From Escherichia coli (GTDB taxonomy: Bacteria > Pseudomonadota > Gammaproteobacteria > Enterobacterales > Enterobacteriaceae): a DNA stretch of 64,000 bases. The DNA lies in NCBI RefSeq assembly GCF_036507355.1, contig NZ_AP027877.1. The stretch is one strand, 5' to 3'. Position numbers and translations under genes: made by a program. The number at the start of each line of letters is the position of its first letter. Within the stretch, counting starts at the first letter, position 1. The notes beneath the pieces are model-generated. The model was given only the letters and a program-made list of their open reading frames with translations. It was not told the origin of the DNA and ran no database searches. This document shows positions 44,237 to 55,259 of the stretch, in pieces.

Positions 44237-45625
44237 ATGGCACTGCAAAATGAGAAAAATAGTCGTTATCTTTTACGCGACTGGAAACCAGAAAATCCGG
44301 CCTTCTGGGAAAATAAAGGAAAACATATTGCTCGAAGAAACCTCTGGATATCAGTCAGTTGTCTACTTCTTGCCTTCTGTGTCTGGATGCTATTTAGCGC
44401 AGTTACCGTTAATCTCAATAAAATCGGTTTTAATTTTACTACCGATCAACTCTTTTTATTAACCGCATTACCCTCCGTTTCTGGCGCATTATTGCGTGTT
44501 CCCTACTCCTTTATGGTACCTATATTCGGTGGACGCCGATGGACGGTTTTTAGTACTGCAATCCTGATTATTCCTTGCGTCTGGCTCGGAATTGCCGTGC
44601 AGAATCCGAATACTCCTTTTGGGATCTTTATCGTTATCGCTTTGCTATGCGGTTTTGCAGGTGCGAACTTTGCTTCGAGCATGGGCAATATCAGTTTCTT
44701 CTTTCCAAAAGCCAGGCAAGGGAGCGCTCTTGGGATTAATGGCGGATTAGGAAACTTAGGTGTAAGTGTGATGCAGCTGGTTGCACCGCTGGTCATTTTT
44801 GTACCCGTATTTGCCTTTCTCGGCGTCAATGGCGTCCCGCAGGCCGACGGTTCGGTGATGTCGCTGGCGAATGCCGCATGGATTTGGGTACCGCTACTGG
44901 CGATTGCCACGATCGCCGCCTGGTCAGGGATGAATGATATCGCCAGTTCACGCGCGTCAATTACCGACCAGCTCCCTGTCTTACAACGCCTGCATCTCTG
45001 GCTGCTGAGCCTGCTTTACCTTGCCACCTTCGGTTCGTTTATCGGTTTTTCTGCGGGTTTTGCCATGCTGGCAAAAACCCAGTTCCCGGATGTGAATATT
45101 CTGCGCCTGGCGTTCTTTGGCCCATTTATCGGTGCCATCGCGCGGTCGGTTGGTGGTGCTATTTCCGATAAATTCGGCGGCGTGCGGGTGACGTTGATCA
45201 ACTTTATTTTTATGGCGATTTTCAGCGCCCTGCTGTTCCTTACCTTACCGGGCACAGGCTCCGGTAATTTCATCGCCTTTTACGCCGTATTTATGGGGCT
45301 GTTTCTGACCGCGGGTCTGGGAAGTGGTTCTACTTTCCAGATGATCGCCGTCATCTTTCGCCAGATAACCATTTATCGGGTGAAGATGAAAGGCGGTAGT
45401 GATGAGCAAGCTCAGAGAGAAGCCGTCACCGAAACGGCGGCGGCTCTGGGCTTTATCTCAGCCATTGGCGCAGTGGGCGGCTTTTTTATTCCGCAGGCGT
45501 TTGGCATGTCGCTCAATATGACCGGCTCTCCGGTAGGCGCAATGAAAGTGTTTTTAATCTTCTACATCGTTTGTGTGCTACTGACCTGGCTGGTTTATGG
45601 TCGGCGGAAGTTCAGCCAAAAATAA
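44237..45625 (+). CDS. narU: nitrate/nitrite transporter (MFS, NarK family)
   Basis: 462-aa protein MALQNEKNSRYLLRDWKPENPAFWENKGK...; ORF-track start at 44177 is an upstream extension. Confidence 0.92.
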   Translation: MALQNEKNSRYLLRDWKPENPAFWENKGKHIARRNLWISVSCLLLAFCVWMLFSAVTVNLNKIGFNFTTDQLFLLTALPSVSGALLRVPYSFMVPIFGGRRWTVFSTAILIIPCVWLGIAVQNPNTPFGIFIVIALLCGFAGANFASSMGNISFFFPKARQGSALGINGGLGNLGVSVMQLVAPLVIFVPVFAFLGVNGVPQADGSVMSLANAAWIWVPLLAIATIAAWSGMNDIASSRASITDQLPVLQRLHLWLLSLLYLATFGSFIGFSAGFAMLAKTQFPDVNILRLAFFGPFIGAIARSVGGAISDKFGGVRVTLINFIFMAIFSALLFLTLPGTGSGNFIAFYAVFMGLFLTAGLGSGSTFQMIAVIFRQITIYRVKMKGGSDEQAQREAVTETAAALGFISAIGAVGGFFIPQAFGMSLNMTGSPVGAMKVFLIFYIVCVLLTWLVYGRRKFSQK

Positions 45626-45633
45626 GAGATCGA

Positions 45634-45680
45634 TGCCTGACACGTCTTATCAGGCTACAACCGTGTCGCATCCTACAAGG
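45634..45680. repeat. REP-like palindromic element in the narU-narZ intergenic region
   Basis: gatgcctgacacgtcttatcaggctaca...gcatcctaca resembles REP consensus (GCCTGATGCGACG...CGTCTTATCAGGCCTAC). Confidence 0.5.
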
Positions 45681-45719
45681 CATCAGATCCCAATTCATTC
45701 CTGGAGCAGGAGTTATGTC

Positions 45720-48700
45720 ATGAGTAAACTTTTGGATCGCTTTCGCTACTTCAAACAAAAGGGCGAAACCTTTGCCGATGGTCACGGACAGGTGATGCAT
45801 AGCAACCGCGACTGGGAGGACAGCTATCGCCAGCGTTGGCAGTTCGACAAAATCGTGCGTTCCACCCACGGTGTTAACTGTACAGGCTCCTGTAGCTGGA
45901 AAATCTACGTTAAAAATGGTCTGGTGACCTGGGAAATCCAACAGACCGACTACCCGCGCACTCGCCCTGACCTGCCCAATCATGAACCTCGCGGCTGCCC
46001 GCGTGGCGCAAGTTACTCCTGGTATCTTTACAGCGCTAACCGCCTGAAATACCCGCTCATTCGTAAACGACTGATTGAACTGTGGCGCGAAGCCCTCAAA
46101 CAACACAGCGATCCGGTACTGGCGTGGGCATCGATTATGAACGATCCGCAAAAGTGCCTGAGCTACAAACAAGTGCGTGGGCGCGGCGGGTTTATCCGCT
46201 CCAACTGGCAGGAACTAAACCAGCTGATTGCCGCCGCTAACGTCTGGACCATCAAAACCTACGGCCCGGATCGCGTTGCCGGTTTCTCGCCGATCCCGGC
46301 GATGTCGATGGTTTCTTACGCCGCCGGAACACGTTATCTGTCACTATTAGGTGGCACCTGTTTAAGCTTCTACGACTGGTATTGCGACCTGCCGCCCGCC
46401 TCGCCGATGACCTGGGGCGAGCAAACCGACGTACCGGAATCTGCCGACTGGTATAACTCCAGTTACATCATCGCCTGGGGGTCTAACGTACCGCAGACAC
46501 GTACGCCGGACGCCCATTTCTTTACCGAAGTACGCTACAAAGGCACTAAAACCATCGCCATTACCCCTGACTACTCTGAAGTGGCCAAATTGTGCGACCA
46601 GTGGCTGGCACCGAAACAAGGCACTGATAGCGCCCTGGCGATGGCAATGGGCCATGTGATTTTAAAAGAGTTTCATCTCAATAATCCCAGCGACTACTTT
46701 ATCAACTACTGCCGCCGCTATAGCGACATGCCGATGCTGGTAATGCTGGAACCTCGCGACGATGGTAGCTACGTACCCGGGCGCATGATCCGTGCGTCTG
46801 ACCTGGTAGATGGACTAGGCGAAAGCAATAATCCGCAGTGGAAAACCGTGGCGGTTAATACCGCAGGTGAATTGGTAGTGCCGAATGGTTCGATTGGTTT
46901 CCGCTGGGGAGAAAAAGGCAAATGGAATCTGGAATCCATTGCCGCCGGTAAGGAAACCGAATTGTCGTTAACCCTGCTCGGTCAACATGACGCCGTTGCA
47001 GGCGTGGCTTTCCCCTACTTTGGCGGCATCGAAAATCCGCATTTTCGCAGCGTAAAACACAATCCTGTCCTGGTGCGTCAATTACCCGTTAAAAACCTGA
47101 CATTAGCCGATGGCAGCACCTGTCCAGTGGTCAGCGTTTATGATTTGGTACTGGCGAATTACGGCCTCGATCGCGGGCTGGAAGATGAAAACAGCGCGAA
47201 AGATTACGCTGAAATCAAACCGTACACCCCAGCCTGGGGTGAGCAAATTACCGGCGTACCGCGCCAGTATATTGAAACCATCGCCCGCGAATTTGCCGAT
47301 ACCGCCCATAAAACGCATGGGCGCTCAATGATTATCCTCGGTGCTGGCGTCAACCACTGGTATCACATGGATATGAACTACCGTGGGATGATCAATATGC
47401 TGATCTTCTGCGGTTGTGTCGGGCAAAGCGGCGGCGGCTGGGCGCATTATGTCGGTCAGGAAAAACTGCGCCCACAAACCGGCTGGTTGCCGCTGGCCTT
47501 TGCGCTCGACTGGAACCGCCCACCGCGCCAGATGAACAGTACCTCGTTTTTCTACAATCATTCCAGCCAATGGCGCTATGAAAAAGTCTCTGCGCAGGAG
47601 TTACTTTCACCGCTCGCCGATGCCAGTAAGTACAGCGGTCATCTGATTGATTTCAACGTTCGCGCCGAACGTATGGGCTGGCTACCTTCTGCGCCGCAGC
47701 TGGGGCGTAACCCGCTCGGGATTAAAGCTGAAGCCGACAAGGCCGGATTATCCCCCACAGAATTTACCGCCCAGGCGCTGAAATCGGGCGATTTACGTAT
47801 GGCCTGCGAACAACCAGATAGCGGCAGCAATCATCCGCGTAATTTGTTTGTCTGGCGTTCTAACCTGCTTGGCTCCTCCGGCAAAGGCCACGAGTATATG
47901 CAGAAGTATCTGCTGGGGACCGAAAGCGGGATTCAGGGCGAGGAACTCGGTGCCAGCGACGGGCTCAAACCGGAAGAAGTCGAGTGGCAAACTGCGGCGA
48001 TTGAAGGCAAGCTCGACCTGCTGGTGACGCTCGACTTCCGCATGTCCAGTACCTGCCTGTTCTCCGATATCGTTCTGCCCACCGCCACCTGGTATGAAAA
48101 AGACGATATGAACACCTCGGATATGCATCCGTTTATTCATCCGCTATCTGCGGCGGTCGATCCGGCCTGGGAATCACGCAGCGATTGGGAAATCTACAAA
48201 GGTATTACCAAAGCATTTTCGCAAGTGTGTGTGGGTCATCTTGGCAAAGAAACCGACGTGGTATTGCAACCACTGCTGCACGACTCTCCGGCAGAGCTCT
48301 CACAGCCGTGTGAAGTGCTCGACTGGCGCAAAGGCGAATGCGATCTGATTCCAGGTAAAACCGCGCCGAATATTGTGGCGGTGGAGCGCGACTACCCTGC
48401 TACGTATGAACGCTTTACCTCGCTCGGGCCATTGATGGACAAACTTGGCAACGGCGGTAAAGGGATTTCGTGGAATACGCAGGATGAAATCGATTTCCTC
48501 GGTAAACTCAATTACACCAAGCGTGATGGCCCAGCGCAGGGGCGTCCGCTGATTGACACCGCCATTGACGCTTCAGAAGTGATTCTGGCACTGGCACCAG
48601 AAACCAACGGTCATGTTGCAGTTAAAGCGTGGCAGGCGCTGGGCGAGATCACCGGACGCGAACATACCCATCTGGCGCTGCACAAAGAGGACGAGAAGAT

Positions 48701-49460
48701 TCGCTTTCGCGATATTCAGGCGCAGCCGCGTAAAATTATCTCCAGCCCCACATGGTCCGGTCTGGAAAGCGATCACGTATCCTATAACGCGGGATACACC
48801 AACGTTCATGAGTTAATTCCGTGGCGCACGCTGTCGGGACGCCAGCAGCTCTATCAGGATCATCCGTGGATACGTGCTTTTGGTGAAAGCCTGGTGGCTT
48901 ATCGCCCGCCTATCGACACCCGTAGCGTCAGTGAGATGCGCCAGATCCCGCCAAACGGCTTCCCGGAAAAAGCACTTAACTTCCTGACGCCGCACCAGAA
49001 ATGGGGCATTCACTCAACCTACAGTGAAAACCTGCTAATGCTGACACTCTCTCGCGGTGGACCGATTGTCTGGATCAGCGAAACAGATGCCCGAGAATTG
49101 ACCATTGTCGATAACGACTGGGTGGAAGTGTTTAACGCCAACGGCGCGCTGACTGCCCGCGCGGTGGTCAGCCAACGTGTACCGCCGGGTATGACCATGA
49201 TGTATCACGCTCAGGAACGCATTATGAATATTCCTGGTTCGGAAGTAACTGGCATGCGCGGCGGTATTCATAACTCGGTCACCCGCGTTTGTCCGAAACC
49301 AACGCATATGATTGGCGGTTACGCACAGCTGGCCTGGGGCTTTAACTACTACGGCACCGTCGGCTCGAACCGCGACGAATTCATCATGATCCGCAAGATG
49401 AAGAACGTTAACTGGCTGGATGATGAAGGTCGCGATCAGGTACAGGAGGCGAAAAAATGA
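45720..49460 (+). CDS. narZ: respiratory nitrate reductase Z alpha subunit
   Basis: 1246-aa protein MSKLLDRFRYFKQKGETFADGHGQ...; Mo-bisMGD catalytic subunit; ORF-track start at 45597 is an extension. Confidence 0.95.
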   Translation: MSKLLDRFRYFKQKGETFADGHGQVMHSNRDWEDSYRQRWQFDKIVRSTHGVNCTGSCSWKIYVKNGLVTWEIQQTDYPRTRPDLPNHEPRGCPRGASYSWYLYSANRLKYPLIRKRLIELWREALKQHSDPVLAWASIMNDPQKCLSYKQVRGRGGFIRSNWQELNQLIAAANVWTIKTYGPDRVAGFSPIPAMSMVSYAAGTRYLSLLGGTCLSFYDWYCDLPPASPMTWGEQTDVPESADWYNSSYIIAWGSNVPQTRTPDAHFFTEVRYKGTKTIAITPDYSEVAKLCDQWLAPKQGTDSALAMAMGHVILKEFHLNNPSDYFINYCRRYSDMPMLVMLEPRDDGSYVPGRMIRASDLVDGLGESNNPQWKTVAVNTAGELVVPNGSIGFRWGEKGKWNLESIAAGKETELSLTLLGQHDAVAGVAFPYFGGIENPHFRSVKHNPVLVRQLPVKNLTLADGSTCPVVSVYDLVLANYGLDRGLEDENSAKDYAEIKPYTPAWGEQITGVPRQYIETIAREFADTAHKTHGRSMIILGAGVNHWYHMDMNYRGMINMLIFCGCVGQSGGGWAHYVGQEKLRPQTGWLPLAFALDWNRPPRQMNSTSFFYNHSSQWRYEKVSAQELLSPLADASKYSGHLIDFNVRAERMGWLPSAPQLGRNPLGIKAEADKAGLSPTEFTAQALKSGDLRMACEQPDSGSNHPRNLFVWRSNLLGSSGKGHEYMQKYLLGTESGIQGEELGASDGLKPEEVEWQTAAIEGKLDLLVTLDFRMSSTCLFSDIVLPTATWYEKDDMNTSDMHPFIHPLSAAVDPAWESRSDWEIYKGITKAFSQVCVGHLGKETDVVLQPLLHDSPAELSQPCEVLDWRKGECDLIPGKTAPNIVAVERDYPATYERFTSLGPLMDKLGNGGKGISWNTQDEIDFLGKLNYTKRDGPAQGRPLIDTAIDASEVILALAPETNGHVAVKAWQALGEITGREHTHLALHKEDEKIRFRDIQAQPRKIISSPTWSGLESDHVSYNAGYTNVHELIPWRTLSGRQQLYQDHPWIRAFGESLVAYRPPIDTRSVSEMRQIPPNGFPEKALNFLTPHQKWGIHSTYSENLLMLTLSRGGPIVWISETDARELTIVDNDWVEVFNANGALTARAVVSQRVPPGMTMMYHAQERIMNIPGSEVTGMRGGIHNSVTRVCPKPTHMIGGYAQLAWGFNYYGTVGSNRDEFIMIRKMKNVNWLDDEGRDQVQEAKK

Positions 49461-51001
49461 AAATCCGTTCGCAAGTCGGCATGGTGCTTAATCTCGATAA
49501 ATGTATCGGCTGCCATACCTGTTCGGTGACCTGTAAAAACGTCTGGACCGGACGCGAAGGCATGGAGTACGCATGGTTTAACAACGTCGAAACCAAACCG
49601 GGCATTGGTTATCCGAAAAACTGGGAAGATCAGGAAGAGTGGCAAGGCGGCTGGGTCCGCGATGTGAATGGCAAGATACGCCCGCGTCTGGGCAGCAAGA
49701 TGGGCGTAATAACCAAAATCTTCGCCAACCCGGTGGTACCGCAGATTGATGATTACTACGAACCTTTCACCTTCGACTACGAACATTTGCATAGCGCACC
49801 GGAAGGCAAACATATCCCTACTGCTCGCCCGCGTTCGCTGATTGACGGTAAGCGGATGGACAAAGTGATCTGGGGGCCAAACTGGGAAGAACTGCTGGGC
49901 GGCGAGTTTGAAAAACGTGCCCGCGACCGCAACTTCGAGGCCATGCAAAAGGAGATGTACGGGCAGTTTGAAAACACCTTCATGATGTACCTGCCGCGCC
50001 TGTGCGAACACTGCCTCAATCCCAGCTGCGTGGCGACCTGCCCAAGCGGCGCTATCTACAAACGCGAAGAAGACGGCATTGTGCTGATTGATCAGGATAA
50101 ATGCCGTGGCTGGCGTTTGTGCATTAGCGGTTGTCCGTACAAAAAAATCTACTTCAACTGGAAAAGCGGCAAGTCAGAAAAATGTATCTTCTGTTACCCA
50201 CGAATTGAGTCCGGTCAACCGACCGTGTGCTCAGAAACCTGCGTGGGTCGCATCCGGTATCTGGGCGTGCTGCTTTACGACGCCGACCGCATCGAGGAAG
50301 CGGCGAGCACCGAGCGCGAAGTTGACCTCTATGAACGCCAGTGCGAAGTGTTCCTCGATCCACACGATCCCTCAGTGATCGAGGAAGCCCTGAAACAAGG
50401 TATTCCACAAAATGTGATTGACGCTGCCCAGCGTTCGCCAGTCTACAAAATGGCGATGGACTGGAAACTGGCACTACCGTTGCACCCTGAATACCGCACC
50501 CTGCCGATGGTCTGGTACGTTCCTCCGCTGTCACCGATTCAGTCCTACGCAGATGCGGGCGGTTTGCCGAAAAGCGAAGGCGTGCTGCCCGCCATCGAAA
50601 GCCTGCGTATTCCGGTGCAATATCTCGCCAATATGTTGAGTGCCGGCGATACCGGTCCGGTACTGCGGGCGCTGAAACGGATGATGGCGATGCGCCACTA
50701 TATGCGTTCACAAACCGTGGAAGGCGTTACTGATACCCGTGCCATCGACGAAGTAGGCCTGAGCGTCGCCCAGGTCGAAGAAATGTATCGCTATCTCGCC
50801 ATTGCCAACTATGAAGATCGTTTTGTTATCCCGACCAGCCATCGGGAAATGGCGGGCGATGCCTTCGCAGAACGCAACGGCTGCGGTTTTACCTTTGGCG
50901 ACGGTTGCCACGGTTCGGACAGTAAATTCAACCTGTTCAACAGTAGCCGTATCGATGCCATCAACATCACCGAAGTGCGCGACAAAGCGGAGGGCGAATA
51001 A
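49457..51001 (+). CDS. narY: nitrate reductase Z beta subunit (Fe-S)
   Basis: 514-aa ORF with multiple Cys clusters (CIGCHTCSVTC, CEHCLNPSCVATCPSGA, etc.). Confidence 0.95.
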   Translation: MKIRSQVGMVLNLDKCIGCHTCSVTCKNVWTGREGMEYAWFNNVETKPGIGYPKNWEDQEEWQGGWVRDVNGKIRPRLGSKMGVITKIFANPVVPQIDDYYEPFTFDYEHLHSAPEGKHIPTARPRSLIDGKRMDKVIWGPNWEELLGGEFEKRARDRNFEAMQKEMYGQFENTFMMYLPRLCEHCLNPSCVATCPSGAIYKREEDGIVLIDQDKCRGWRLCISGCPYKKIYFNWKSGKSEKCIFCYPRIESGQPTVCSETCVGRIRYLGVLLYDADRIEEAASTEREVDLYERQCEVFLDPHDPSVIEEALKQGIPQNVIDAAQRSPVYKMAMDWKLALPLHPEYRTLPMVWYVPPLSPIQSYADAGGLPKSEGVLPAIESLRIPVQYLANMLSAGDTGPVLRALKRMMAMRHYMRSQTVEGVTDTRAIDEVGLSVAQVEEMYRYLAIANYEDRFVIPTSHREMAGDAFAERNGCGFTFGDGCHGSDSKFNLFNSSRIDAINITEVRDKAEGE

Positions 51002-51696
51002 TGCAGATCCTCAAAGTGATCGGCCTGTTGATGGAGTATCCGGACGAGCTGTTGTGGGAATGCAAGGAGGACGCGCTGGCGTTGATCCGCCGCGACGCGC
51101 CGATGCTTACGGATTTCACCCGCAACCTGCTTAACGCGCCGCTGCTGGATAAACAGGCCGAATGGTGCGAAGTGTTTGACCGCGGGCGCACCACGTCGCT
51201 GCTGCTGTTCGAACATGTTCATGCCGAGTCCCGCGATCGCGGCCAGGCAATGGTGGACCTGCTGGCGGAGTATGAAAAGGTCGGCCTGCAGCTGGATTGT
51301 CGGGAACTGCCCGATTATCTACCGCTGTATCTGGAGTATTTAAGCGTACTGCCTGACGATCAGGCGAAAGAAGGATTGCTCAATGTTGCGCCGATCCTCG
51401 CCCTGCTTGGCGGTCGCTTAAAACAACGCGAAGCTCCGTGGTATTCGTTGTTTGACGCCCTGCTGCATCTGGCGGGAAGCATACTTTCAAGTGACAGTGT
51501 CACAAAACAAGTGAATAGCGAGGAGCGCGATGACACCCGCCAGGCGCTGGATGCGGTGTGGGAAGAGGAACAGGTGAAGTTTATTGAAGATAACGCCACG
51601 GCGTGTGACAGCTCGCCGCTTAATCAATATCAGCGACGCTTTAGCCAGGATGTCGCGCCGCAATATGTCGACATCAGTGCGGGAGGTGGGAAATGA
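51001..51696 (+). CDS. narW: nitrate reductase Z assembly chaperone
   Basis: 231-aa ORF, NarJ/NarW family, overlaps narY stop. Confidence 0.9.
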   Translation: MQILKVIGLLMEYPDELLWECKEDALALIRRDAPMLTDFTRNLLNAPLLDKQAEWCEVFDRGRTTSLLLFEHVHAESRDRGQAMVDLLAEYEKVGLQLDCRELPDYLPLYLEYLSVLPDDQAKEGLLNVAPILALLGGRLKQREAPWYSLFDALLHLAGSILSSDSVTKQVNSEERDDTRQALDAVWEEEQVKFIEDNATACDSSPLNQYQRRFSQDVAPQYVDISAGGGK

Positions 51697-52373
51697 TTCA
51701 GTATCTGAACGTCTTTTTTTACGATATCTACCCGTACATTTGTGCGACGGTGTTTTTCCTCGGCAGCTGGCTGCGCTACGACTACGGCCAGTACACCTGG
51801 CGCGCCTCCTCAAGTCAAATGCTCGATAAACGCGGGATGGTGATATGGTCGAATCTGTTCCATATTGGCATTTTGGGGATTTTCTTCGGGCACCTGTTCG
51901 GCATGTTAACGCCGCACTGGATGTACGCGTGGTTTTTGCCGGTGGCAGCGAAACAACTAATGGCGATGGTGCTCGGAGGCATTTGCGGTGTGTTGACGTT
52001 GATTGGTGGCGCAGGACTGCTGTGGCGCAGGCTGACAAATCAGCGCGTGCGTGCCACTTCCACTACGCCGGATATCATCATCATGAGCATTTTGCTGGTC
52101 CAGTGTCTGTTGGGGCTAAGCACCATACCGTTTTCAGCACAGTATCCTGATGGTAGCGAAATGATGAAGCTGGTGGGTTGGGCGCAAAGCATTGTCACTT
52201 TCCGTGGTGGATCGTCAGAGATGCTTAACGGTGTAGCGTTCGTCTTCCGCCTGCATCTGGTGTTGGGAATGACCATCTTCCTGCTCTTCCCGTTCACCCG
52301 ACTGGTGCATGTGTGGAGCGCCCCGTTTGAGTACTTTACTCGTCGGTATCAGATTGTGCGCTCGCGGCGATAA
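51693..52373 (+). CDS. narV: nitrate reductase Z gamma subunit (cytochrome b)
   Basis: 226-aa membrane ORF, NarI family. Confidence 0.9.
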   Translation: MIQYLNVFFYDIYPYICATVFFLGSWLRYDYGQYTWRASSSQMLDKRGMVIWSNLFHIGILGIFFGHLFGMLTPHWMYAWFLPVAAKQLMAMVLGGICGVLTLIGGAGLLWRRLTNQRVRATSTTPDIIIMSILLVQCLLGLSTIPFSAQYPDGSEMMKLVGWAQSIVTFRGGSSEMLNGVAFVFRLHLVLGMTIFLLFPFTRLVHVWSAPFEYFTRRYQIVRSRR

Positions 52374-52451
52374 TTTCACCCTGGCCGGATAGCCCTTCGC
52401 TCTCCGGCCACTTGCAGGCTATGATAGTTCTCCAGTCACAGGAGAACGTTA

Positions 52452-53345
52452 ATGAAACCGCAGGTTTACCACGTCGATGCTTTTACCTCTCAACCATTTC
52501 GCGGCAATTCTGCCGGTGTTGTTTTCCCCGCCGATAATCTTAGCGAAGCGCAAATGCAGCTTATCGCCCGCGAATTAGGTCATTCGGAAACTGCTTTTCT
52601 GCTGCACAGCGACGACAGCGATGTGCGCATCCGCTACTTTACGCCAACGGTTGAAGTTCCGATTTGTGGTCACGCGACAGTAGCTGCACACTATGTACGT
52701 GCGAAGGTGTTAGGTTTAGGAAATTGCACGGTCTGGCAAACATCGCTGGCAGGAAAACATCGCGTGACTATCGAAAAGCACCACGATGGTTATCGTATTT
52801 CGCTGGAACAAGGTACGCCGGGCTTTGAGCCACCGCTGGAGGGTGAAACACGTGCGGCGATTATCAACGCGCTTCATCTCACTGAGGACGATATTCTGCC
52901 AGGCTTGCCAATTCAGGTGGCAACAACAGGACACTCAAAAGTGATGATCCCGTTGAAACCAGAAGTGGATATCGACGCCCTTTCGCCTGATCTTGCTGCG
53001 CTGAGCGCTATCAGCAAACAGATTGGCTGCAATGGTTTCTTCCCGTTTCAGATCCGCCCTGGCAAAAACGAAACCGATGGTCGCATGTTCTCGCCTGCGA
53101 TTGGTATTGTGGAAGATCCGGTGACTGGCAATGCCAATGGCCCTATGGGTGCATGGTTGGTACATCACAACGTATTGCCCCACGATGGCAACGTGTTGCG
53201 TGTTAAAGGCCATCAGGGGCGCGCATTGGGGCGTGACGGCATGATTGAAGTGACGGTGACAATTCGTGATAACCAACCGGAAAAAGTCACCATTTCAGGC
53301 ACAGCGGTGATTTTGTTTCATGCCGAATGGGCAATTGAACTCTGA
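52452..53345 (+). CDS. yddE: PhzF-family isomerase YddE
   Basis: 297-aa ORF, PhzF-like (MKPQVYHVDAFTSQPFRGNSAGVVF...). Confidence 0.85.
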   Translation: MKPQVYHVDAFTSQPFRGNSAGVVFPADNLSEAQMQLIARELGHSETAFLLHSDDSDVRIRYFTPTVEVPICGHATVAAHYVRAKVLGLGNCTVWQTSLAGKHRVTIEKHHDGYRISLEQGTPGFEPPLEGETRAAIINALHLTEDDILPGLPIQVATTGHSKVMIPLKPEVDIDALSPDLAALSAISKQIGCNGFFPFQIRPGKNETDGRMFSPAIGIVEDPVTGNANGPMGAWLVHHNVLPHDGNVLRVKGHQGRALGRDGMIEVTVTIRDNQPEKVTISGTAVILFHAEWAIEL

Positions 53346-53351
53346 AACCGT

Positions 53352-53433
53352 TGTCTGATGCGCTTCGCCTGTCAGGTCTACAACCGGGCTAATGTATGCC
53401 GGATAAGGCGTTTACGCCGCATCCGGCAACCTG
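53352..53433. repeat. BIME: pair of REP elements between yddE and nhoA
   Basis: tgtctgatgcgcttcgcctgtcaggtctaca and gccggataaggcgtttacgccgcatccggca (classic REP palindromes) between convergent genes. Confidence 0.65.
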
Positions 53434-53440
53434 ACATAAA

Positions 53441-54286
53441 TTATTTTCCCGCCTCCGGGTGCGTATCAAACGCCGCCATCACCAGCGCTAACTCATCCAC
53501 GGTAAAGCCATGTTTCGCATCATCCACGCCCAGACCAAACTGTTCTTGCATCACGGCATATAACGACGCCACATCCGGTAGATTTCGCTGCTCCACCGCG
53601 TGCCCATTTTCATAATGGGTAAAATGAAAATTGGGCAGTGTCAGCTTGCCGCCGTCCGGTAAATGGCGGCACATCAGCAAATGATGGCGAAAATGCGACT
53701 GCGGCCAGTGCGCCGACCAGAAATTGCCCATCACATAATCGCTTTGTTGCTGCTCGCAGAGATCAAAACGGTACATCGACTGCCAGTGCTGATGATGATT
53801 AAACTGCAACACCCAATCATCACCCTCCTGCAACAACCGATACTCTCCGTGTGGCGTGGTCTGCACGAGATCGGGAACTAAACGAATCGGCGCGGTTAGC
53901 GTCTGCCCACCGAAACCGACATCAGCAATCCATTTTTCCTCTTCCAGTTCCACCAACAGCAAACGATGGGTGCGCGGCGGTAATGCTGGCGGATTTGATA
54001 ACACTACGCGCCCTAACAAGCTGCGAACGTTAAACCCCAGCTCGCGTAACACCCGCTCAAACACGCCATTCTGCTCAAAACAGTAACCGCCACGACGGGC
54101 TATCACCAGTTTCTCTTCCAGCGATTGATCATCAAGCTGTATTTCCCTCGGCAGCAAAACGTCAAGGTTTTCAAACGGAATGGTGCAATTGTGTTTCAGG
54201 TGCAATGCACGAAGCGTATCAATATTGACCGCAGCAGCTCCCGACCAGTTAATACGGGCAAAATAGTGATTCAGAATGGGCGTCAT
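53441..54286 (-). CDS. nhoA: N-hydroxyarylamine O-acetyltransferase
   Basis: 281-aa ORF; arylamine N-acetyltransferase catalytic Cys region RRGGYCFEQN. Confidence 0.9.
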   Translation of the reverse strand: MTPILNHYFARINWSGAAAVNIDTLRALHLKHNCTIPFENLDVLLPREIQLDDQSLEEKLVIARRGGYCFEQNGVFERVLRELGFNVRSLLGRVVLSNPPALPPRTHRLLLVELEEEKWIADVGFGGQTLTAPIRLVPDLVQTTPHGEYRLLQEGDDWVLQFNHHQHWQSMYRFDLCEQQQSDYVMGNFWSAHWPQSHFRHHLLMCRHLPDGGKLTLPNFHFTHYENGHAVEQRNLPDVASLYAVMQEQFGLGVDDAKHGFTVDELALVMAAFDTHPEAGK

Positions 54287-54458
54287 CAGGCGTTTCCCTT
54301 AGTGGTTTTCTCAACTTATAACCTGGAATAGACGCCGCACCGGCTATTTTGTGCGATCGCGGACATGCATCACGTTCGCAAATCGCCAATCCCGTTAATT
54401 TCGTTACTTATTGCGTTACGGACTACGCTTAAAAAAACCTTCTTCGCGAGGCGATACC

Positions 54459-55028
54459 ATGAGCCGATTCATCCCCATAGAATTACACCATGCCAGCCGT
54501 CTGTTAAATCATGGCCCAACTGTCTTGATCACCAGTTTCGATGAGCAATCCCAGCGGCGTAACATTATGGCTGCAGCCTGGTCAATGCCGGTGGAGTTTG
54601 AACCTCCACGCGTGGCGATTGTGGTAGATAAATCGACATGGACCAGGGAGTTGATTGAACATAACGGTAAATTTGGCATCGTTATCCCGGGCGTTGCAGC
54701 AACTAACTGGACGTGGGCGGTGGGAAGTGTGTCGGGGCGTGATGAAGATAAATTTAATTGCTATGGCATTCCGGTTGTGAGAGGCCCGGTATTTGGTTTG
54801 CCTCTGGTCGAGGAAAAATGTCTGGCGTGGATGGAGTGTCGATTGCTACCTGCGACTTCTGCGCAAGAAGAATACGACACGCTGTTTGGCGAAGTAGTAT
54901 CAGCAGCGGCAGACGCACGGGTATTTGTCGAAGGCCGCTGGCAGTTTGATGATGATAAGCTCAATACATTGCATCATTTAGGTGCTGGCACGTTTGTTAC
55001 TAGCGGCAAGCGTGTTACGGCGGGTTAA
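54459..55028 (+). CDS. yddH: flavin reductase-like protein YddH
   Basis: 189-aa protein MSRFIPIELHHASRLLNHGPTVLITS... Confidence 0.85.
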   Translation: MSRFIPIELHHASRLLNHGPTVLITSFDEQSQRRNIMAAAWSMPVEFEPPRVAIVVDKSTWTRELIEHNGKFGIVIPGVAATNWTWAVGSVSGRDEDKFNCYGIPVVRGPVFGLPLVEEKCLAWMECRLLPATSAQEEYDTLFGEVVSAAADARVFVEGRWQFDDDKLNTLHHLGAGTFVTSGKRVTAG

Positions 55029-55031
55029 GCA

Positions 55032-55259
55032 TTACATGCTGTAACCAGGTTTCTTTATCAAAGCCTCCATTTGGGGCGCGATTTCGGCATCCCAGATAGC
55101 TTGCCATGATTCTGGTTGAATCTGCTGTAGAGAAATGCTTATCGAGCTATCTTTACTGTTCAGATGGCGAATAATAACGTCGGTAATATCTGCAGCAAGT
55201 GCTGCTTTTTGTTGTTCGTCCAGTTCACGCGGAAAACATTTAATGTCGATGTGCGGCAT
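55032..55259 (-). CDS. pptA: tautomerase PptA (4-oxalocrotonate tautomerase family)
   Basis: 75-aa protein [33 protein letters not shown]... with catalytic Pro after initiator Met. Confidence 0.85.
   Translation of the reverse strand: MPHIDIKCFPRELDEQQKAALAADITDVIIRHLNSKDSSISISLQQIQPESWQAIWDAEIAPQMEALIKKPGYSM

Noticed and set aside
45597-45719. N-terminal extension of narZ (ORF track starts at 45597)
   Set aside because: The extension overlaps the narU stop and a REP-like palindrome; the conserved NarZ N-terminus MSKLLDRF begins at 45720
47793-48140. Antisense ORFs inside narZ/narY (for example 115 aa at 47793-48140, 191 aa at 49436-50011)
   Set aside because: Overlap conserved nitrate reductase coding sequence on the opposite strand; no independent signals
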